A stretch of DNA of 64,000 nucleotides from Dimargaris cristalligena (taxonomy: Eukaryota), in assembly GCA_003614675.1 (NCBI GenBank), contig ML002230.1, positions 1-64,000 of the forward strand, read 5' to 3'. The translations under genes were made by a program, and so were the position numbers. Below, piece by piece: positions 1-10,360 of this stretch; position 1 is the first letter of the stretch, and each line of letters opens with the position of its first letter. The notes below the pieces were generated by a model that saw only the letters and a list, made by a program, of their open reading frames with translations, was not told the DNA's origin and did not search any database.

Positions 1-161
1 GGGGGGGGTAAAAATCTAAGAGAGGCGGATGGCACGAATGAAAGAGAAGGCTCTTGGGGAGGGGAGGGATGGGGCCCATTAAATAAGGTTAAAGGGGGGG
101 ATAAGGTTCGCGCATGCGCATTGAAGCAGGTTGGGCACCCGAGGATAGGCCTGGAGTGGGA

Positions 162-732
162 TCAGATAAAGTAGCTGGCATTGGTAAGAGGGGCGGTCTG
201 GCTTTTGGGGCTAGTAGAAGCGTCGGCCGTTTCTAATAAGGGAAAATACCACAAAATTCAGAGGATGCATAAAGAGGGGGCATTAATAAAATGCGAATGA
301 TGGTTGGGTGGATATAGGTGCGGTTATTATTCAAAAGCACAGTTCAGAACCAGACTAGGGCTTACCTTCGGCCACACCATCAATCCGACGTTGAAGGGCG
401 GCGATTTTCGACAGCAGGGTGGCTTTTTCGTCGGCCGCCGACTCGAGGTACTCGTCAAAGGCCATGCGTTTCCATATTGTGTTGATGGCAAGGGAGCTCA
501 GTAGGGTTAAGATAATAAAGTGCCGAATGTAGATCTGGTAGACGGGTGCGGTGAATTTGCGAAGGTACCAGGGCTTATAAATCTCGGCTTCGAAGGCGGC
601 CGGAGGCTCAGCGGCGGTGACGCGGTGGGTGGTCCTAAACCCACGACGGAAGGCAGGCATGGGCGGGGCAACCAAGCGTTGGTGCAGAGCCGACCAGCGA
701 AGCTGGCGGAGGAGGGGAATTGGCGTTGACAT
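162..732 (-). CDS. Small single-pass protein, probably mitochondrial inner membrane (weak Ina17-like resemblance); exons 732-366 and 232-162
   Basis: ATG at 732 (MSTPIPLLRQLRWSALHQRL..., Arg-rich and acid-free like a presequence). One TM (HFIILTLLSSLAINTIW) is followed by a coiled coil (KATLLSKIAALQRRID). GTAAG donor at 365 and TTAG acceptor at 233 give an in-frame exon 2 ETADASTSPKSQTAPLTNASYFI*. Confidence 0.6.
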
Positions 733-1503
733 GAGAGGGTTGCGGGAAACGGGGAAATGTGAAGGGAAGCTATAGATAGTATAACAAGGGGGGGAGGCAA
801 AGACTGGGATGGCTGTATCCAACCCCCCCTGGTCCTTTCTCACTCTGAATTTTTCACCGGCTGTGGTTGGATAGAAGTGGGTAAAAGTAAAGTGGGGGGG
901 ATTGTCCAGGTGGGCCTCTCGACTCTATTGGGCCAACTCCCCTCTCCCCCGCTTCCTACACCAGCACCACCACAGTAACCGTATAATTAAAGAATCTGCT
1001 GAGGGGAAAAGGAGTATATGCGCATATACACAACCATCTATCTCCTCCCTTTCTTATGGGGTCTTCGTCACTACTACCATCGCATAGACAGACACGCCCT
1101 CTCTATATGCATTGAACGGACCAACACCTGTTCGCTCAGTAACAATTGGGTTGGCCCATTTTCGCACCTATTTTCCGGCTCAGCAGCGACCAGTAGCCGT
1201 ACAATATAATATATTAGATATCCCTTTTCACCCTTCTCATTTTTTTGTATACTTCAGAAACAAGAGAGAGAGGAGAGTCCATCCAGCACCTCGGTTGCCT
1301 TAGTTCTTCGACTCTTTCTGTTATTATCACTACTACTATTATTAGCTGCCTTCCGCCACGCTCCAGCGGGGCTCCCTTATGCCATATTCCCCATCTGTTT
1401 GGTGCTGCCTTGAGTCTCTTAATCGGCCCCACAGTCGCTTCCCTGCCAACCTCTTCACCCGCCCCTTCTTATTGTTTTATACCCCTAATCCTTTTTACTA
1501 ACC

Positions 1504-2652
1504 ATGGTCGGATCCCCCCGCCTGGGTCACTCGAAGTGGGTGTCCCTGGGTCGCTGCAAGGTTTTCCTGGCCATCATCTTCACCGTCCTCATTTTCCACC
1601 TGCTGTTTGTCAGGGTGGGCCAAACCCCCAAACACCTCCAGGCCTACACCGTCCAGGATGTGCTTTCCTACAACGATGTCCGGATCCCGCCCGGCTTTAA
1701 TACCACCGCCCCCTCCGTCAAGGCCGCTTTTGTCTCGGTGACCCGTAACCAGGATCTCCACGAGCTGCGCGGGGCCATCCGCCAGATGGAGGATCGCTTC
1801 AACCACCGCTACCACTACCCCTACGTGTTCCTCAGCGACGAACCGTTTACCGACGAGTTCAAGGAGACCATTGGCTGGATGACCCCCAGCAAAGTGTCGT
1901 TTGGCCTTATCCCTCGCAACCACTGGGAGGTGCCCGCCTTTATCGATCGGAACAAAATGCGGGAGGGCATGAGCTACTTGACCAGCAAAAGTGTCATCCA
2001 CAGCGATAGCCTCAGCTACCGCCAGGTCACTCGCTACTACGCCGGCTTCTTCCATAAGCACCCCCTGGTCGAGGACTACGATTTTTACTGGCGCCTGGAG
2101 CATGACGCCGAGTACACGTGCGACATTGATTACGACCCTTTCCTGTACATGCGGGAACGGAATATCAAATACGGCTTTACCATTACCCTGCACGAGTTCT
2201 TGGATACCGTCAAGACCCTATGGAGTACCGCCCAGCAATTCATGACTACCTACACCCATTACACCGAGGATAAAAACACCATGGACTGGGTATCCAGTGA
2301 TGGTGGCAACTCATACAACCTGTGCCACTTCTGGTCCAACTTTGAGATTGTGGATCTTTCGTTCCTACGGTCCGAGCGCTACGAAAGGCTCTTCCGTTTT
2401 CTGGACGAAGCCGGCGGTATTTTCTATGAGCGCTGGGGTGATGCTCCTATCCGTTCCCTGGCCGTTTCCATGTTCCTCAAGAAGGAGGATGTGCACTGGT
2501 TCGAGGACATTGGCTACCTGCACTCGGCCTTCCAAAATTGTCCAGCCAATTCGGCCACCCAAATGAAGTGCCACTGCGACCCTGACCGTTCCATCCATCT
2601 CAACGACTTTAGCTGCACCCGGCAATGGAACCAACTGTCGGCCAGTAAATAA
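1504..2652 (+). CDS. Alpha-1,2-mannosyltransferase, GT15 (Kre2/Mnt1/Ktr family), type II Golgi membrane protein
   Basis: N-terminal TM; family motifs EDRFNHRYHYPYVFL, YDFYWRLE, CDIDYDPF, YNLCHFWSNFEI, GGIFYERWGDAP; intronless, 382 aa. Confidence 0.95.
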   Translation: MVGSPRLGHSKWVSLGRCKVFLAIIFTVLIFHLLFVRVGQTPKHLQAYTVQDVLSYNDVRIPPGFNTTAPSVKAAFVSVTRNQDLHELRGAIRQMEDRFNHRYHYPYVFLSDEPFTDEFKETIGWMTPSKVSFGLIPRNHWEVPAFIDRNKMREGMSYLTSKSVIHSDSLSYRQVTRYYAGFFHKHPLVEDYDFYWRLEHDAEYTCDIDYDPFLYMRERNIKYGFTITLHEFLDTVKTLWSTAQQFMTTYTHYTEDKNTMDWVSSDGGNSYNLCHFWSNFEIVDLSFLRSERYERLFRFLDEAGGIFYERWGDAPIRSLAVSMFLKKEDVHWFEDIGYLHSAFQNCPANSATQMKCHCDPDRSIHLNDFSCTRQWNQLSASK

Positions 2653-4056
2653 TCCGGGATACTTGCTTCCGCTACTCTGATTTCCCCGGTTGCGGGCTGC
2701 TCTTTGCTCCAGTCTTGGCTACGCCTATTTTCAAATACACTCTACCGTGCGTCTATTTAGTTTCGTGGTTTGTCTTTTTTATATACATACTTAGCACTTT
2801 CCCAGGCCTCTTCTCTCACCGCCGACGACCGATCCCTTGACACATTACTCTGCCTACTCCCTCTCCTTCATTTTTTTTATCGTTTGCTCATTTAATATTT
2901 ATTGAGAAAGCGAGGGTGGCCTGTTCCATTTTTAACCTCAATCGTCTTACTCTGTACTGATGTTTTATTTCTCGATTGGGTCCATCAATTCCAAAAATTT
3001 ATAATACAATGAAATGTTCGCAAATCACACACACATATATATATATATATATACTATCATGGTAGGTTATTGGAAATTAAATATCTTTTGGAGTAGGGGG
3101 AGGGCCATTGCAATAAAGCCCCAGCCCCGTGACTAAAGTACCCTCAGGACCCGGTACGGTCGGCTCAAGCCTCTCGCATGATGGCAAAGCAGGTACGTAC
3201 TGAGCGAATACGGCAGGGTGGTGCAACCTGTAGGTAGTCTAGTATAAGTAGACGTCATTTAAATAGACAGACAGTCAAGGGAGAGCTGGACTGGCTTGGG
3301 CCAACGGGTCGAACCACGGAATCAACCGCCAACGCAATAGATCCGACCAGCAGTGACCCAAGGACCTGAGTGGCCAAGACTATATGTATGACCCAGTCCA
3401 TTCATGGGATATCTTTTTGATGGGCCATGGCAACTGAACCTATTCCTTACTCCTATTTGGAATAGTGAATGCTGACCACTCCTCCAGGCCAATCCTAATC
3501 CGGTATTTTTGCCAGTATACTTTGGACCCTCCGCAAGCTCCTGGGAGCAATTACCACATCTTCTGCATTAAGCAATTGTCCTTCGGGCCGGAGAGGGGTG
3601 CGGTGTAGGGAAGAGGGCGCGCAGTCATTGGGCTTTGAGAACCGGCTACCACTGACTGGATTATCTCATCGACCCAGCCACCCGGACGTGGGGGTGTTTA
3701 CTTTGAAACCCATTAGCTGGATCGCTGGACGGGTCAGAAGTGGTACTATATTAGGAAACAGAGCTGCTGCTGCTGGGGGGGGGCACCATCGACTGAGTCC
3801 CGGGCAATGGTTACAGGGGCCATGCATGAGCCACTGCTGGGTAGACTGTACGGAGAACCTACAGCAATCTTACGGGAATCGGGTTCCAGGCCGGCTCGGC
3901 TTGATGATGGAGGCGGGTGAGGGGTCGTGGTCATGCGTTTGGCTGCCCCACCCTGACCGCATACACATCCCCCCTCCAGCGGTTGTTATCGTGATGCCCC
4001 AGGGAAATGGGTTAAATGCGCATGAGCCCTTCCTTCGCCCACGACGGTCCGCACCA

Positions 4057-4062
4057 TATAAA
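4057..4062 (+). promoter_or_regulatory. Candidate TATA box of the wc-1 gene
   Basis: TATAAA followed by a pyrimidine-rich tract, about 1 kb upstream of the ATG. Confidence 0.35.
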
Positions 4063-4422
4063 CCCCGTCTCCTTCTCGCTGGATCGGTTGCACTCTTCTT
4101 TACCTCCCGTTGGATTGAATCAACCCCCACTTTTGTTTGACTATGACTGCTGTTGTTACCATTACTGCTGTTACTCTCTATTCTAGTCTGGCACTATCAC
4201 CACCGTATTACCACTACTATTATACTCGCCTCTACTGTACGCCCCGTCCCCTTTTTTGGCTACCCGATAGACTCGTCTGAACCATCGAAAGTGACGCAAA
4301 GAACGAGCAAGCAAGACCCGCACCCGTGGCTGCCGACCCACTCACTACTCGTCTAAATCCGGCCAGCCCGTGTATGCGTGTGTGGACCGTGGTGTACCTC
4401 TCTCTCTACCTGCTGCTGTTCT

Positions 4423-4626
4423 GTAAGTGTATAGCAGTGTAAGATACGCATCGAGTTGGGAAAGGCCTTTCCTTGATTGAGCCACCTCACTCCCCTTCTC
4501 TCCCATCGTCTTTGCCTTTTTGCCTTCGTTTACCTGCACTGTTGAAGACTCTTCCTGAATCATCCCAGCTATATATTCCCCCAATGGTCCACCCTAACCA
4601 CTGTATCTTTTTCCTCCCCAATTTAG
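4423..4626 (+). other. Candidate 5'-UTR intron of wc-1
   Basis: GTAAGT donor at 4423, CTAAC branch at 4594-4598, pyrimidine tract, TTTAG acceptor ending 4626. Confidence 0.5.
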
Positions 4627-5085
4627 TCCCCTAGCCTGGTCTGCTCTTACCTCACCCTCCTTCTTGACTCCTTCCTCGGCCGGGACGTCCCTCCCTTCTT
4701 CTGCGATCCCCCCCTTGTTCGTGGGCAACCCCGCCTTCAAGCCCAATCAGTGGATTCAGAACTTCGTGTCTTATTAACTCTTTATTTTACTTAGCCAACA
4801 ACCCCCCTCCGTACTCTAGTATTCCCCCTACCCCCGGCTTTTTTTAGCCGGCCTTTGGTCCTCTGTAATACCCAAGCTTGGGAGCAGAGTCGCCTTCCAA
4901 AAAAAAACCTAGCCAACTTGTACGTCCGATTGTTAACAATAGGCCCCTTCCTTCGCTCCTACTCAATTGGCCCTTTGGGCTCATTCTTGACTGCTCCTTA
5001 ATCTCGGTCACTGCCTCCCCTTTGGCGCCTGTATTATCCCTCGCCTCATGCATACGCATACCTCTGACTGCCGCGTTGCACACCA

Positions 5086-7266
5086 ATGTCCTACCAACAG
5101 TCGAATCAGTTCGACCTCGAGTCCTATCTAGTGGTCAGCCAGCTGGACGACCCTATGGCCGCCGAAAACCAGCCGCCTACTACTGCTATGGAGGCCGACA
5201 ATCCACCCGTCTACCTCGACGAGTCCTCCGCCTCCAACCCCGCGGCCATCGACTTGACCACCTACACGGGCAACCGGATGCCCCCTTCGGGCTTGGAGCC
5301 GCTGCGGTCCCTTAGCACCAATACGGGCCATCGCCCTCCGCCCTCGGGGGACAAGGCGCCCGGTTATGCCCCTCCCCCGCCCGCCTCTACCATATCCGGG
5401 CTCGCCCGGCCTCAGTCGCTCGGCCCCCCGCCCCCGGCTGCCGCGTCGTTCGGCTTGACGTCCGAGGAGGTAGACGCCAGTCGCAATCCCTCGCTGAATA
5501 GCTTCCCGGGCCTCTATTCCAGTACCGGCTTCGATATGTTGACCATTTTGGCCAAGGTGGTCAACCGCTCCAACGCCCAGATTAATATTGGCCCGGTCGA
5601 TATGAGCTGCGCCTTTCTTGTGGTGGACGCTCGCAAGTTCGATTTCCCCATCGTCTATGCCAGTTATTCATTCGAGGTGTTGACCGGTTACAAGGGGAGC
5701 GAGATCATTGGCCGCAACTGCCGTTTCCTACAGGCCCCCGATGGTCATGTGACCCTGGGCTCCCGCCGCCGCTACACCGACAATAACACCGTTTTCCAGA
5801 TCAAGAACCAGACCATGCAGGGCAAGGAGGTCCAGGTCTCCCTCATCAATTACAAGAAAGGCGGCCAGCCTTTCATTAACCTGGTGACGGTGGTGCCCGT
5901 CTGCATGGAAACCAACGAGATTACCTACTTTGTCGGATTCCAGGTGGATCTAGTCGAACAACCCAACGCTATCCTGGAGAAGATGAAGGACGGCAGTTAC
6001 ATTGTTAACTACAGTCATCTCAGCCTGCCCCCCTACCTTTCGCCTGGCTTCCTGGATCGCCCGATTGAGCAGCTCTTCCAGCGTCCCCCGTCCGGCGGCC
6101 CCCCTTTCCCGGCCATGAGCGAAGTCTTCGAAATGATTGGCACCCATTCGGATAGCGAGTCGGCCATCCGGACCTGGAACCAGATGCTGCTGCAACACGC
6201 CGACGATTTCATCCACGTCCTCTCCCTCAAGGGGGTGTTCTTATACTGCTCGAACAGTTGCAAACGCCTGCTGGAGTTCGAGCCCGAAGAGCTCTTGGGG
6301 CAGAATCTTTCCAAAATCTGCCATCCAAGCGACCTGGTACCCGTCCTGCGCGAGATGAAGGACGTGACCCTGGCCGCCCCCGGTAACGTCAATACCACCA
6401 ACTCCATCGGGATGGTTTACCGGGCCCGCCGCAAATACTCCGGGTATACCTGGCTGGAGGTTCACGGCCGCCTCCACAGCGAACCAGGCAAGGGCCGCAA
6501 GTGCGTGGTCCTGTCAGGACGCATCCGGCCCGTGTACCAAATGTCTCGGGAGGCCTTCCACTCGTGCGGCGGCGCCCACGAGGAGGAATTCTGGGGGAAG
6601 CTTTCCCTCGACGGCCTGTTTCTGTACGTGACCTCGGCCTGTAAGGATGTGCTGGGGTATGACTCGGAGGATCTACTGGGAACCTCGCTCTACCAAATGA
6701 TCCGCTCGGACCGTACCACGTCACTGACCCGGTCCCTCCAGCAGGCAGCCGACGGCACCACGGTACGCCTGCGGCACTTTATCCAGAGCAAACACGGGCA
6801 TCCCATCGACCTAGTTTCCACCTTCTACCCGGGTAACGCCACCGAAACCGAGCGTTGCCAATTCCTCATTTGCCAGTCCCGCCTGGCCACCGCCGTGGAA
6901 GAGCCCCCAGAGCTTTCCAGCACCTCGTCGTCTGCCCCGTCTCCGCAGACCAACCAAGTCGCCTCGGAATCCGACAATCTATTCAGTCTGCTGGATAGCT
7001 CGCGCTCTACCACGTGGCAATACGAAATCCACCAGCTCCGGCTTATCAATAAGCGCTTGCGGGATGAATTGGACCTGCTGATGGAGAGTAAGAAGAAGAA
7101 ACCAACCAAGCGCCGCAACTCGCCAACCCGGCCCAAGGAATGCTCGTTGTGTAAAACCACCACCGCCACCCGGTGGATTCGGAGCATGCGTCAAAACAGT
7201 GACGTATGCGCCGATTGCTTTCATTCGGATGATAGCCAATCGGACCACCAAAGTGAAAACGCCTAG
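5086..7266 (+). CDS. wc-1: White collar-1 (WC-1/MadA-like) blue-light photoreceptor: LOV + 2 PAS + degenerate GATA-type Zn finger
   Basis: GLYSSTGFDMLTILAKVVNRSN..INIGPVDMSCAF N-cap, LOV signature GRNCRFLQAPDG with the photoactive Cys, two PAS domains, coiled coil WQYEIHQLRLINKRLRDEL, basic NLS-like KKKKPTKRR, and C-x2-C-x18-C-x2-C; intronless, 726 aa. Confidence 0.95.
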   Translation: MSYQQSNQFDLESYLVVSQLDDPMAAENQPPTTAMEADNPPVYLDESSASNPAAIDLTTYTGNRMPPSGLEPLRSLSTNTGHRPPPSGDKAPGYAPPPPASTISGLARPQSLGPPPPAAASFGLTSEEVDASRNPSLNSFPGLYSSTGFDMLTILAKVVNRSNAQINIGPVDMSCAFLVVDARKFDFPIVYASYSFEVLTGYKGSEIIGRNCRFLQAPDGHVTLGSRRRYTDNNTVFQIKNQTMQGKEVQVSLINYKKGGQPFINLVTVVPVCMETNEITYFVGFQVDLVEQPNAILEKMKDGSYIVNYSHLSLPPYLSPGFLDRPIEQLFQRPPSGGPPFPAMSEVFEMIGTHSDSESAIRTWNQMLLQHADDFIHVLSLKGVFLYCSNSCKRLLEFEPEELLGQNLSKICHPSDLVPVLREMKDVTLAAPGNVNTTNSIGMVYRARRKYSGYTWLEVHGRLHSEPGKGRKCVVLSGRIRPVYQMSREAFHSCGGAHEEEFWGKLSLDGLFLYVTSACKDVLGYDSEDLLGTSLYQMIRSDRTTSLTRSLQQAADGTTVRLRHFIQSKHGHPIDLVSTFYPGNATETERCQFLICQSRLATAVEEPPELSSTSSSAPSPQTNQVASESDNLFSLLDSSRSTTWQYEIHQLRLINKRLRDELDLLMESKKKKPTKRRNSPTRPKECSLCKTTTATRWIRSMRQNSDVCADCFHSDDSQSDHQSENA

Positions 7267-8704
7267 CCAATGGATCGCTCGTTGTCTGGGGAGGGATGCT
7301 GCGTTTGGGACCGTCCCCTCCCCTATACTATACCTCAGTCACCCTTTGTGAATAAGGGTGGTATTCCCACCTTGTTTGACAGGGGATGATGGCCCAAAGG
7401 GAAATCGCCCACGGGCATTGTTTGATGGGGGCAAACGACTGTGATACGCCTCTCTTGAATATTGTAGTGACCAACCATTCACGCCCTTCCTTCTCTCTTG
7501 TCTGTATATTACGTGGCACCGCTGTTTGGGTCCCCCCACACCCATGGTCATGGGAGTGATGCCTATTTTAACCAAGACTCGTTTTTATTTATCCCGGTTA
7601 GTACATAATTATCTTTAACACTGAGATCCGTATAACCAGCTTCCCAACTGGCCTGTTCCACCAACTCAGTATAATCTTTACTCAAATTTAATTTCACCTT
7701 GTATCTGGCCCAAAGCCCCCCTGCTATAGTTGGTCTAGAAGCCAGCTGGATGTAAAGTGAGAGGAGGGGTTCCCGCCTTAGCCCAGTGGTTGGGATTCCA
7801 GCTTTTAAGGTTTACCCAGACCATTAGTATTTTGAAGCCAGTACTTGGGGTACTGGTTGTGAGTTTACAATCCCATCGCCCTGTCGTCGTAAGGTTTTTA
7901 CCTAATGAAGTGTATTTTGGAGTCAGTCTAACTGTGCTTTTAGGCGTGGGACTCTTTACCCTGTGGTCTTCTGATCCGTTTGTCAGAAGGGCCCTGTTCG
8001 TCGGCCGAATGAAAAGCATGTATTAACATCGCTTGTTTTATTTGGATTACCTATTCAGTTGCCTTTTACTATACGGCCATCGATATTCCCCCATCTGCGA
8101 CGTTTGCTTATTGATGGAGGAGGTAATTTATGACAGTGCTAATTATTTATTATATTAGGTTCCTATTATATATCATCATTCTACCGAATTTCTAGTTGGC
8201 CGTAAGATAGTCCATTGACGACCCATGGAGGTTACCCCCGAAATCCTATTAATTTGTTTTGTTCGTCGGAGAAACGTGGGTCTTGGGAATTATTGTTATA
8301 GTAATGAACCAGTTGTTTTGGTTAGTCCTGACTTTATTTGCACTGTTGCTTATCCATCAACTTCGGAACGACTTTGCCTGGATTCTTAATAAAACATTAC
8401 AGCGCTGCTTAGCTTTACTTGCTTTCGTTCATTGCCTACCAATCGGATTCTAGCAACGTCTAATCGCCCACAACGTTACCCTGTAATGTACAGCACTATA
8501 CTTGGTAAAAACTAATCTACCCTATTATATTATTACCGAGGGGGGAGGGGTTAAGAGTTGGGTCACATATTAGAGATGTTGAATATTTACTGAGAGGACC
8601 AAGATGGAGTAATAATGAATATGAGGGGGGGCATAAAGACACCCGCCATGACAATCGGAGTATGGCAATCTCTCCGACCAGCGGCGGGCGCCAATGAAGG
8701 GAGA

Positions 8705-10360
8705 TTACAGGATATAACGGGGGTAGACATTAAAGTATAACATTTGCAGCGTTTCACGGTGGGCTTCGTCAAACATGGTAATGCTGTAGTGCTTGTTCTC
8801 GATGGCGGTGGTGATGGCATGGGTAGCAGTGAAATTGATATTAATAGCCAAGTCGGCCTCGGGCTGAATAAACGTGGAGTATAGCTCGTGGAGATTGCGC
8901 TGGAGACTGACAGGCAATTGGGGTAGCGAGGTCTCCGATTGAAACAGTTCCTGGATGCTTAGTCGCTGACGGACAGTTTTTAGAATGGTGTCACACATGC
9001 ATGAACCCCCGGAAGTGGTTGACTTTGCATCAAGGAGGTCTAGTGATATCATCGTGACGTAAGGGGAAGACTTATCATTGGGCTGCAGGGGAATGTCGAG
9101 CTGTTCCTCGGTAATCTGGACATCGCGCAAGGTGGCCTGGTCGTGGAGGTATGACATGGTTTTACTCTCGGTGACCATGGTCTCCTGATGGAGGGACTCG
9201 TCCACGGTCCGCTCTTTCGATACCACTCCCTCGTAGTAACGCACCACTTTTTCACGGAACTGGTGGTAGCGGTGCAGGAAAATCACCAACTCCGGGCAGA
9301 AGCAGGCCGAGGCGGCCAAACTGAGATCGGCGAATTCTTTGGGGTCGTTCAGGCAACGGGAGAAGTCCTGCCACCTAATCATCCGCTTGGAACCCGACAG
9401 CTCCTCCTGGAAGACCTGCAGTTTGCGGGACTTGATGACCGGGACCACAAAGGTACAAATGTGGCAGATGAAGATGGAGATGACAGGCCATAGCCAGGCC
9501 GAGAAGACGGCATTGAGGTGGGGGGCACCCGCATACCAGGCCAGAAAAAGGGGTAGGAAAAAGAAAGTGACACACATGAGGCTGATCAACTCGTTGCGGA
9601 TACCAAAGGCGTCGTTGAACCCGTACATAAGGTACAGTAGAATGGGTGTAATGATACAGGTAAAGCAGAACTGCCATGCGTAGTACGGGACGTACTCGAA
9701 CAGGGCCGTCGCGCACCACACATTCACGGGCGAGATGCTCATAATGGGCGACAGAATCTGGATAATCACAATAGCAATGACCGAGGCGCCAAACCCGATG
9801 GCCAGGGCCCGCCCGATCACCCGGTCGTGCAGCTGGACGCGACGGTTACGGATTTTTTGTAAACGCGTGCGGATGTTGGTCACCTTATCCTGACGCTGTT
9901 GGGAGGATATGGATTGGTTCCAATTGGGGTCACTTCCATCGCTACTAATCGAATCGTGGGTCTTCTGGTGGCTGTCCAAGGCTACCTGAGCCTCGTTCAT
10001 CTGGCGCTGGAAAACCAGGATCATGCTTCGCAGAATCAAGACAACACCCCAAATGAGAAAGCCCACGTAGGTGATCCACAGATTGACAAAGCATGGGAAC
10101 AGGGGGAAAGCGGCGGTCAGTGTGTACGAGACGGCCGGAAAAAAGGTGGCTACCGAACTGACTAAAATTAGATTGACATAGCGCTTGTTTAGGTAGTCGT
10201 TACGCTTGGCCTGTCGGTAAAATAGGTAGGTGGTACTGATGTGGAATATGGCGTAAATGATGGCCGCCGCAACTAGGGCACTTTTGCGGCCGTCCATATC
10301 GTTAACGTAGCCCAGCGACCGAAGGGTCTCCATATCGATACCATAAGTAATGACACCCAT
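8705..10360 (-). CDS. 7-transmembrane receptor with C-terminal RGS domain (GprK / AtRGS1-like architecture), paralog 1
   Basis: Seven hydrophobic segments, PCF at the start of TM3, DAFGIRNEL before TM6. RGS halves FSRCLNDPKEFADL..FCPELVIFL and LYSTFIQPEADLAININ..MFDEAHRETLQMLYFNVYPRY; intronless, 551 aa. Confidence 0.88.
   Translation of the reverse strand: MGVITYGIDMETLRSLGYVNDMDGRKSALVAAAIIYAIFHISTTYLFYRQAKRNDYLNKRYVNLILVSSVATFFPAVSYTLTAAFPLFPCFVNLWITYVGFLIWGVVLILRSMILVFQRQMNEAQVALDSHQKTHDSISSDGSDPNWNQSISSQQRQDKVTNIRTRLQKIRNRRVQLHDRVIGRALAIGFGASVIAIVIIQILSPIMSISPVNVWCATALFEYVPYYAWQFCFTCIITPILLYLMYGFNDAFGIRNELISLMCVTFFFLPLFLAWYAGAPHLNAVFSAWLWPVISIFICHICTFVVPVIKSRKLQVFQEELSGSKRMIRWQDFSRCLNDPKEFADLSLAASACFCPELVIFLHRYHQFREKVVRYYEGVVSKERTVDESLHQETMVTESKTMSYLHDQATLRDVQITEEQLDIPLQPNDKSSPYVTMISLDLLDAKSTTSGGSCMCDTILKTVRQRLSIQELFQSETSLPQLPVSLQRNLHELYSTFIQPEADLAININFTATHAITTAIENKHYSITMFDEAHRETLQMLYFNVYPRYIL

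Noticed and set aside
1498-2193. 231-aa antisense ORF over the GT15 gene
   Set aside because: Shadow ORF of a codon-biased gene.
3598-4140. 180-aa ORF upstream of wc-1
   Set aside because: GTG start, no motifs, and it overlaps the likely promoter.
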